Under the pieces are notes generated by a model. The model did no database searches. It was not told the origin of the DNA and saw only the letters and a program-made list of their open reading frames with translations. Source: a virus (Duplodnaviria > Caudoviricetes). From it: 36,237 nt of DNA. Shown here piece by piece: positions 1-6,306 of this stretch. Each line of letters opens with the position of its first letter. Position 1 is the stretch's first letter. Where the stretch lies: the IMG/VR virus record IMGVR_UViG_3300025084_000092, positions 1 to 36,237 of that record; one strand, given 5' to 3'. Made by a program: the position numbers and the translations under genes.

Positions 1-31
1 CAACAAAGCAAACCTTAAGTAACACAAACTC

Positions 32-163
32 ATGCGTATTTGTCTCTCTGCCATTGTTATTTTGTTGGGTGCCAACCTCCTCATCGATCTGTTGGATTCT
101 GACATGATGGAAGTCATCAACGAAAGGAACGAAACGATTCAACGCCAAATCGATCAGATGTGA
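32..163 (+). CDS. Small hypothetical early protein (43 aa) with N-terminal hydrophobic segment
   Basis: Hand-translated ATG32..TGA163: MRICLSAIVILLGANLLIDLLDSDMMEVINERNETIQRQIDQM. Below the ORF-track cutoff; same strand and style as neighbours. Confidence 0.6.
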   Translation: MRICLSAIVILLGANLLIDLLDSDMMEVINERNETIQRQIDQM

Positions 164-216
164 CAGTCGGACTAGTGCCACACGATTTTGGCACGACCCT
201 CAAAACCGTGTATTGT
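159..216 (+). promoter_or_regulatory. Early-type promoter: imperfect palindrome followed by sigma70-like -35/-10
   Basis: TGTGACA-N10-TGCCACA (159-182), overlapping GTGCCA-N8-TGGCAC (175-194), then TTGGCA (188-193)-N17-TATTGT (211-216). Resembles the palindrome+sigma70 early promoters reported for cyanomyoviruses such as Syn9 (recalled, not aligned). Confidence 0.65.
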
Positions 217-269
217 ATAGAAGTGGAGGGGACAGCACCCGCCACACGCTCTAAACCTTCTCTCTTCTC

Positions 270-596
270 ATGCGTAAGATCGAAACCCAAATGAACGCCG
301 CAGTCCAGGCAAACCAGAACTGGTCATCAGGGAACACCAGCGTTTTGACAGAGGACGGCATCTCCAAAATCTACCTACACGGCAACCTGATCGCTGAGGT
401 TGATGAAGATTCAATGAAACTCTACGATGGCGGTTTCCAGTCCAATACCACCAAATCACGTCTCAACGCCCTGTGCGATGCGTTCGGTTATTCTGGTGAA
501 AGCGTCTTTCAGAAGAATTGGACCTGGTTCGTCCGTCTCTGGACTGGCACCGAATTCCACACCACTGAGTTCCGTAACGGTATGCGCCTCGCATGA
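270..596 (+). CDS. Conserved hypothetical cyanophage early protein (108 aa)
   Basis: Clean ORF directly downstream of the promoter; MRKIE..., LHGNLIA, TTKSRLNAL, VFQKNWTWFV motifs are familiar from phage hypotheticals. Confidence 0.8.
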   Translation: MRKIETQMNAAVQANQNWSSGNTSVLTEDGISKIYLHGNLIAEVDEDSMKLYDGGFQSNTTKSRLNALCDAFGYSGESVFQKNWTWFVRLWTGTEFHTTEFRNGMRLA

Positions 597-609
597 TCAA
601 AACTAAGAA

Positions 610-637
610 GGAGTGGGCACGCTGTTATGCCCGCTTC
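610..637 (+). other. Intergenic stem-loop (weak terminator or processing/stability hairpin)
   Basis: GGAGTGGGCA-cgctgtta-TGCCCGCTTC, 10-bp stem with two G-U pairs; only a weak U tract follows. Confidence 0.45.
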
Positions 638-672
638 TATTCAATCGTTCTCATCCTGATTCTTCTCTGATC

Positions 673-849
673 ATGTTCCGCATTGCTACCTCCCTTTCAA
701 CCCGTCGCACCCTGTGGGTTTCCAGCGATGGCACGGCGCTCCCTGCTTACATCCATGCCGGGGCGCTCTCTTCTTACAAGGGTCACGTAGAATCGAAGAA
801 TCGCTACTATTGCAACCCTGAGGCAGCAAATATTTCATTCCCTATCTAA
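673..849 (+). CDS. Small hypothetical protein (58 aa)
   Basis: In-frame ATG673 (MFRIATSLSTRRTLWV...) preferred over GTG613, which lies inside the hairpin; pyrimidine-rich leader as for neighbours. Confidence 0.6.
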   Translation: MFRIATSLSTRRTLWVSSDGTALPAYIHAGALSSYKGHVESKNRYYCNPEAANISFPI

Positions 850-890
850 CCCAAATCTCCCTCCAATCCTTCAAAATCCTAATTCACAAC

Positions 891-1802
891 ATGACAAAAA
901 ACCTTCACATCGAACATCCCGAAGATACAATCCTCACCGGAGATACTTCGTTTTTAGTATCTCTCAAACTGAAGGGTGATTTATCAGTGAAGATTGATGG
1001 TGCTCCGGCAATCGTTTGGGGGACTAATCCTGCATCGGGTCAGTTCTTTGTGGGGACCAAATCCGTATTCAACAAAGTAAAGATCAAAATCAACGAATCG
1101 CATCAGGACATTGATGCAAACCACACGGGACAGGTTGCAACAATTCTGCATAAGTGCTTCGACTATCTACCACGGGTCGGGGGTATTATTCAAGGGGACT
1201 TCATCGGATTCGGTGGTACTGATGAATACACACCGAACACAATCACCTATAAGTTCGATGACATCGTAGAAGAGGAAATCATCGTTGCGCCGCATACTCT
1301 CTACACGGCAGAATCTGATCTACGTGATGCCGTGGCAGAACCGCTAAGGTTTATGATTACCGATACAGTCTATTGTAAGTTCGTATTCCCTAAGGCATAC
1401 ATTTGGAGCGGGTATTATGATGACGGATTGGATCAGTTTGAGATGCCTCCCGTCATAGACTTGATTCGTCAAGTGTATGATAAGACCGTGTTCGTAAGTG
1501 ATAGAGAAGCGGCACAGATTAAGCAAAATGTGAATAAGTCAATTCGCGAAGGATATCCTATGACGAATGAGGACTTCATGGGTAATGAGTCACTCATGCA
1601 CCTCTACGGGTTGATGATAGTTTTGAAAGAAGAGTTGATGAACCAGTGCCGAAATGTAGGTCCTGAGGCATACATCGGTTATGACAGAATCGATGGTGAG
1701 GGTTATGTCTACTCCACTGAGTTAGGTACATATAAATTGGTTAATCGTCAGCAGTTTTCTGTTGCCAACTTCAACAACACTAAGTTCACAACAGTCGCAT
1801 AA
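891..1802 (+). CDS. Putative ligase-superfamily covalent nucleotidyltransferase (DUF6267-like), 303 aa
   Basis: KNLHIEHPED N-terminus; SVKIDGAPA (KxDG motif I), IIQGDF (III-like), DGEGYVY (IV), YKLV (V-like) in the expected order. Confidence 0.6.
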   Translation: MTKNLHIEHPEDTILTGDTSFLVSLKLKGDLSVKIDGAPAIVWGTNPASGQFFVGTKSVFNKVKIKINESHQDIDANHTGQVATILHKCFDYLPRVGGIIQGDFIGFGGTDEYTPNTITYKFDDIVEEEIIVAPHTLYTAESDLRDAVAEPLRFMITDTVYCKFVFPKAYIWSGYYDDGLDQFEMPPVIDLIRQVYDKTVFVSDREAAQIKQNVNKSIREGYPMTNEDFMGNESLMHLYGLMIVLKEELMNQCRNVGPEAYIGYDRIDGEGYVYSTELGTYKLVNRQQFSVANFNNTKFTTVA

Positions 1803-1824
1803 TCAGTCGTTCGTGAATACAGCA

Positions 1825-1850
1825 GTCCCCCCGTTTAAGGGGGGGCGTTT
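1825..1850 (+). terminator. Probable rho-independent terminator ending the early block
   Basis: GTCCCCCC-gtttaa-GGGGGGGC stem-loop (1825-1846) followed by GTTT, 22 nt after the stop codon. Confidence 0.55.
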
Positions 1851-1940
1851 ATAAAAACCCATGACTCCCCTAACCTACAAAGGTTTCCAAGAGGGCGATA
1901 AAATTCCAAGGCGTATAAAATTTTTTTTCGCTATATAAAA
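1844..1940. repeat. Four degenerate direct repeats (G)GCG/CGC-N(0-3)-ATAAAA
   Basis: GGCGTTTATAAAA (1844-1856), GGCGATAAAA (1894-1903), GGCGTATAAAA (1910-1920), CGCTATATAAAA (1929-1940); the middle two are both preceded by TTCCAAG and followed by TT. Confidence 0.55.
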
Positions 1941-1961
1941 TCAAGTGTAAGGTTTGTGTAT

Positions 1962-2138
1962 ATGCAAAAAAATTCCGAGAAAATTTTTAGTGAAGTAGAG
2001 GTCGATCCTGTAACCGGGGATTATTATGTAACGGTGCCCGAAGTAATTTTGAATGAGATGCAATGGTATGAGGGAACTACTTTAAGGTGGTTAGTGGATG
2101 GAAATGAGATTGTTTTAGCAGAAGAAAAGAGTCCTTGA
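1962..2138 (+). CDS. AbrB/MazE/SpoVT-like DNA-binding protein (58 aa)
   Basis: YYVTVPEVILNEMQWYEGTTLRWLVDGNEIVL fits the swapped-hairpin pattern (vtIP..i...l.w..Gd.l.....g..i.l). ATG1962 preferred to GTG1956. Confidence 0.7.
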   Translation: MQKNSEKIFSEVEVDPVTGDYYVTVPEVILNEMQWYEGTTLRWLVDGNEIVLAEEKSP

Positions 2139-2163
2139 CAATCACTATATAATGTTGTATGAT
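2135..2163 (+). promoter_or_regulatory. Sigma70-type promoter
   Basis: TTGACA (2135-2140)-N17-TATGAT (2158-2163), 22 nt upstream of ATG2186. Confidence 0.8.
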
Positions 2164-2185
2164 TCGAAAGTAAATTGTTATTCTT

Positions 2186-2938
2186 ATGGCAAAGGGATTC
2201 ACGGTAAAGGCAAAAACGCCGGTCAAAAAAACAGCAGAGTGGGATTACGATAAAGCAAAGGAAATGGTAAGAGGAAAGGCAATTGTCTTTTGTCTTCCTG
2301 GAAGAGGATGTTCTTATGCATATCTAAAGAATTTCGTACAACTTTGTTTTGACTTAGTACAATCAGGAGCAAGCATCCAGATTTCGCAAGACTACTCGTC
2401 CATGGTCAACTTTGCAAGGTGCAAGTGTCTTGGAGCAAATGTATTGCGTGGTCCGGATCAATTGCCCTGGGACGGAAAATTAAAGTATGATTATCAGTTA
2501 TGGATTGATAGTGATATTATTTTCAACACTGAGAAGTTTTGGCAATTGGTTCTAATGGATCAAGACATTGCATCCGGATGGTATGCCACAGAAGATGGCA
2601 GAACGACTTCAGTGGCACATTGGATGGAAGAGGATGATTTCCGCAACAATGGCGGTGTGATGAATCATGAAACGGTTGAGAGTATTTCAAAGCGCAGATC
2701 TCCATTCACCGTAGATTATGCCGGATTTGGATGGTTACTCATCAAGCACGGAGTCTGGGAGAATAATGAGATGAAGTATCCATGGTTTGCACCAAAGATG
2801 CAAGTCTTCGAGAGTGGCGAAGTACAGGATATGTGTGGAGAGGATGTCTCATTCTGCCTTGATGCAAAGGAGGCAGGTTTCGAGATTTGGTGTGATCCTC
2901 GTGTTCGCGTTGGACACGAAAAGATGCGAGTAATCTAA
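2186..2938 (+). CDS. GT-A fold (GT2-like) glycosyltransferase-like protein, 250 aa
   Basis: LWIDSDIIF (DxD), GFGWLLIK, GEDVSFC, IWCDPRVRVGH are typical GT-A motifs. Confidence 0.75.
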   Translation: MAKGFTVKAKTPVKKTAEWDYDKAKEMVRGKAIVFCLPGRGCSYAYLKNFVQLCFDLVQSGASIQISQDYSSMVNFARCKCLGANVLRGPDQLPWDGKLKYDYQLWIDSDIIFNTEKFWQLVLMDQDIASGWYATEDGRTTSVAHWMEEDDFRNNGGVMNHETVESISKRRSPFTVDYAGFGWLLIKHGVWENNEMKYPWFAPKMQVFESGEVQDMCGEDVSFCLDAKEAGFEIWCDPRVRVGHEKMRVI

Positions 2939-2939
2939 G

Positions 2940-3101
2940 ATGGCACGTCAGGAATTTCATAGAATTCTTGTAGATGATAAAATTCTTTATGATCGATTAG
3001 ATACTACAGAATTTTTTGATAAAATAGAAGACCTGTCCATAGAATTTTATGAGACAGGTCAACCAAGTAACATTAAAACCGAAATTATTATTGAGGAGTA
3101 A
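2940..3101 (+). CDS. Small acidic hypothetical protein (53 aa)
   Basis: Hand-translated ATG2940..TAA3101: MARQEFHRILVDDKILYDRLDTTEFFDKIEDLSIEFYETGQPSNIKTEIIIEE; starts 1 nt after the upstream stop. Confidence 0.7.
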   Translation: MARQEFHRILVDDKILYDRLDTTEFFDKIEDLSIEFYETGQPSNIKTEIIIEE

Positions 3102-3109
3102 GGAGTCTT

Positions 3110-3259
3110 ATGGCAGTGCGATCAAAGGTTGGTTTAAATGGTGAAAGAAACATCGAATCAAAACCGAAAAAAACTCGTCAAGGTAATGGTAAGAACACGA
3201 CGTATTCTGCAACATCGCGTAACGCGGCTCGTAAGAAATACAGAGGTCAGGGAAAATAA
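3110..3259 (+). CDS. Small basic protein (49 aa), KKTRQG...KKYRGQGK type
   Basis: AGGAG SD at 3101-3105; MAVRSKVGLNGERNIESKPKKTRQGNGKNTTYSATSRNAARKKYRGQGK; familiar from T4-like marine phages upstream of gp25. Confidence 0.8.
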   Translation: MAVRSKVGLNGERNIESKPKKTRQGNGKNTTYSATSRNAARKKYRGQGK

Positions 3260-3288
3260 TAGATAGTATTAACTATTAAACTTTCTTC

Positions 3289-3963
3289 ATGTCTTGTTTG
3301 ATCTCAAATTTACCTGCTTATGAAGTATGGGTAAGAAAAGAATATCTCACCGATCATCAAAGTGGTCATGGTGAATTTGTAAAGGGCGTCTGGGTGTCGG
3401 TTAAATCGATACCTGGGCGTGCTTTTTATTTTGAAACATACTTACCAGAGTATGCCGCAATGTATGATAAGTTGCCTATAAGCGCGTTTGTCTCGTCTCC
3501 GGAGAAACCAACTCCTGATATGACACTTCATAATTTACAATTTTGGAATTGTATGGATTATGGTATTACGACAATTCAAAAGCAATTCATTGGTTCAATG
3601 CATTTTGAAGTTTATACTCGTGATTATGGAACTCAAACAGGCACTTATGTTTGCACGATCGATAATTATCATCAAGATGCTGATGCAGTTGATTATTCAA
3701 CCAGTGAAAATCCATCAGAACACAAGTCTCATAACTTAATTGAACTTGATAATGGACAGTTCTGTCTCTATCCAAATAATAGAACTCGTATTTTTGATAA
3801 TAGTCTGACACCAGAGACACCAAAGATTCCAGATTTCAAAGTTTCGACTGTTTATTATCAGGTAGAAAATGGTCATGACCGCGATGGACTTGGTAATGAT
3901 GACAATTATTTCTGGAAAACTGCTAAAGAACATAAAAACCAAGATCAAATTCCTAATTATTAA
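3289..3963 (+). CDS. Conserved hypothetical phage protein (224 aa)
   Basis: Long ORF with VWVRKEYL, YDKLPISAF, LQFWNC, EHKSHN and LDNGQFCLYPNNR motifs; function unknown. Confidence 0.8.
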   Translation: MSCLISNLPAYEVWVRKEYLTDHQSGHGEFVKGVWVSVKSIPGRAFYFETYLPEYAAMYDKLPISAFVSSPEKPTPDMTLHNLQFWNCMDYGITTIQKQFIGSMHFEVYTRDYGTQTGTYVCTIDNYHQDADAVDYSTSENPSEHKSHNLIELDNGQFCLYPNNRTRIFDNSLTPETPKIPDFKVSTVYYQVENGHDRDGLGNDDNYFWKTAKEHKNQDQIPNY

Positions 3964-3965
3964 GT

Positions 3966-3973
3966 TATAAATA
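3966..3973 (+). promoter_or_regulatory. T4-type (gp55) late promoter
   Basis: Exact TATAAATA, intergenic, 18 nt upstream of gp25 ATG3992. Confidence 0.85.
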
Positions 3974-3991
3974 AAGAAAAACTCCTTGTCA

Positions 3992-4393
3992 ATGGCCATT
4001 CAAAGGATATCAAGAGCATTTAAAGATATTAGTTTGTCTTTTGATGCACATCCTATCACCAAAGATCTACAAATATTAAAAAATGAGAATGCGATTCGTA
4101 GGTCTGTAAGAAATATAGTAGAAACTATCCCCACTGAAAGATTTTTTAATTCCTTATTAGGATCTGATGTCAGAAATAGTCTCTTCGAATTTGTTGATTT
4201 TGGTACTGCGTCAGTAATTCAAAATCAAATAGAGATTGCACTTGAAAACTTTGAACCAAGAATTAATAATGTAGAGGTTCAGGTTGAACCTTTTCCGGAC
4301 AGGAATACATTTAATGCCACAATCATTTTTGATATCATCGGACAAGAGTTTCCAACTCAAGAATTTTCTTTCCTATTAGAGGCAACGAGATAA
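3992..4393 (+). CDS. gp25: Baseplate wedge subunit / sheath initiator gp25
   Basis: FKDISLSF..HP, NENAIRRSVRNIV.T...ERFF, FEPRI motifs; precedes gp6. Confidence 0.92.
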   Translation: MAIQRISRAFKDISLSFDAHPITKDLQILKNENAIRRSVRNIVETIPTERFFNSLLGSDVRNSLFEFVDFGTASVIQNQIEIALENFEPRINNVEVQVEPFPDRNTFNATIIFDIIGQEFPTQEFSFLLEATR

Positions 4394-4394
4394 T

Positions 4395-6305
4395 ATGCCT
4401 TTTACTAAGTATACAAATCTAGATTTTGATCAAATAAAAACATCCATCAAGGATTATCTTCGTGCAAATTCGACTTTCACCGATTTTGATTTTGATGGAT
4501 CTAACTTTTCCGTCTTAATAGACACTTTAGCATATAACACATATATCACAGCATTCAACTCAAATATGATTGTGAATGAATCCTTTTTGGATTCTGCCAC
4601 TCTCAGAGAAAATGTTGTTTCATTAGCAAGAAATATTGGTTATGTACCCCGCTCTAGAACCTCTGCAAGGGCACAAATATCATTTTCAATACAAAGACCT
4701 AGTGGAGATTCATCTGCTCAGGTGACGCTTCAGAGAGGTCTTGTATGTACTGGTAATTCTGCCAATACTTCATACGTATTTTCAATACCCGAGGACCTTA
4801 CTAGAGGTTTTGTCAACGGAGTTGCAACTTTTGATAATATTGAAATTTATGAGGGCACATATTTAACCAAACAATTCTTATATGATGGTTCTCTTGATCA
4901 GAAATTTATTATTGATAATTCATTCGTTGATACTTCTAGCTTAAAAGTTTATATCAAAAAAGAAAATGATGTAGGAATTGGGATTGAGTATTCCTTAGTT
5001 GATAATATCGTTAATGTAACACCAAGTTCTCAAATTTATCTTCTTCAAGAGATACAAGATGAAAAATATCAATTACTTTTTGGTGATGGATTAATAGGAA
5101 AAAAACTTGGAACCGATCAAAATTCCGATGGTAATATAATTACTGTCAATTATATTATATCAAATGGCACTGAGGGTAATGGAGTATCCAATTTCTCTAT
5201 GGCCGGAAGTTTTTTAACTTCAGAAAACAATAATATTAATCCCTCCAATATAACAATCACATTAAATCAAGCATCTCAGAATGGATCTGAAATTGAATCT
5301 GTGGATTCAGTTAGATATTATGCCCCAAAAATATATTCTGCACAATCTAGAGCAGTAACGGGTCGTGATTATGAGGCAATTATTAAGAGCATTTATCCAG
5401 ACACGGAATCTGTTGCTGTGATTGGTGGAGAAGAGATGACTCCTCCACAATTTGGTACTGTAAATATTAGTATTAAACCAAAAAATGGAACTTTTGTCTC
5501 TGATTTCAATAAATCTAGAATTTTATCCCAATTAAAACAATATACTGTCTCTGGAATAAACCAAAAAATCACAGATCTTAAAATTTTATACGTTGAAATT
5601 GATTCTTCAGTTTATTATGACTATTCAAGAATATCAACTGCCGAAACTTTAAGGACAAGAGTGTTGAATACCCTCAAAAATTATTCAAATTCTTTAGAAA
5701 TTAACAAATTTGGTGGAAGATTTAGATATAGTAAAATTCAACAAATTATTGACAACACTAATACCTCTATAACCTCTAATATTACCAAAGTTAGGATTAG
5801 AAGAGACTTAAAAGCAGTTATAAATCAATTTGCACAGTATGAATTGTGCTATGGAAATAGATTTCATGTAAATTTAACCGGATATAACATTAAATCAACC
5901 GGATTTAGAATTGCATCTGATCCTGACGTTGTTTATTTAACAGATATTCCTAATTCTGACGGAATGACAGGAATTTTGTCAATTGTAAAACCAGTCAGCA
6001 ATGAATCGACAAGAGTTGTTGTAAAATCGGCAGGAACTGTTGATTATATTAAAGGCGAAATCAATATTGGCACCATAAAAATTACTTCAACAGAAAAACA
6101 AAACAATATTATTGAAATTCAGGCTTTTCCGGAGTCAAATGATGTGGTTGGATTAAAAGATTTGTATCTTAATTTTAACATCTCAGCAAGTTCAATAAAT
6201 ATGGTGAAGGATGTTATTTCATCAGGAGACGAAATATCGGGAACGGTATTTACTAGAGACTATTACACATCAAGTTACTTAAACGGGAATCTAATAAGAG
6301 AGTAG
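4395..6305 (+). CDS. gp6: Baseplate wedge subunit gp6
   Basis: LDFDQIK, FTDFDFDGSNFSVLIDTLAYNT, ESFLDSATLRENVVSLARNIGY, RAVT..DY motifs; 636 aa. Confidence 0.95.
   Translation: MPFTKYTNLDFDQIKTSIKDYLRANSTFTDFDFDGSNFSVLIDTLAYNTYITAFNSNMIVNESFLDSATLRENVVSLARNIGYVPRSRTSARAQISFSIQRPSGDSSAQVTLQRGLVCTGNSANTSYVFSIPEDLTRGFVNGVATFDNIEIYEGTYLTKQFLYDGSLDQKFIIDNSFVDTSSLKVYIKKENDVGIGIEYSLVDNIVNVTPSSQIYLLQEIQDEKYQLLFGDGLIGKKLGTDQNSDGNIITVNYIISNGTEGNGVSNFSMAGSFLTSENNNINPSNITITLNQASQNGSEIESVDSVRYYAPKIYSAQSRAVTGRDYEAIIKSIYPDTESVAVIGGEEMTPPQFGTVNISIKPKNGTFVSDFNKSRILSQLKQYTVSGINQKITDLKILYVEIDSSVYYDYSRISTAETLRTRVLNTLKNYSNSLEINKFGGRFRYSKIQQIIDNTNTSITSNITKVRIRRDLKAVINQFAQYELCYGNRFHVNLTGYNIKSTGFRIASDPDVVYLTDIPNSDGMTGILSIVKPVSNESTRVVVKSAGTVDYIKGEINIGTIKITSTEKQNNIIEIQAFPESNDVVGLKDLYLNFNISASSINMVKDVISSGDEISGTVFTRDYYTSSYLNGNLIRE
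6194..6201 (+). promoter_or_regulatory. Possible internal late promoter for gp7
   Basis: AATAAATA (NATAAATA) in the 3' end of gp6, about 105 nt before the gp7 start. Confidence 0.45.
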
Positions 6306-6306
6306 T

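Noticed and set aside
613-672. GTG613 start for the 613-849 ORF
   Set aside because: It lies within a hairpin; ATG673 has a leader like neighbouring genes.
3256-3266. AATAGATA as a late promoter before the 224-aa gene
   Set aside because: It mismatches the NATAAATA core and is expected by chance in AT-rich DNA.
268-3999. Minus-strand ORFs over the early and middle genes (268-459, 1344-1526, 2523-2705, 2742-2960, 3587-3823, 3736-3999)
   Set aside because: They overlap better-supported + strand genes and have no independent coding or regulatory evidence.
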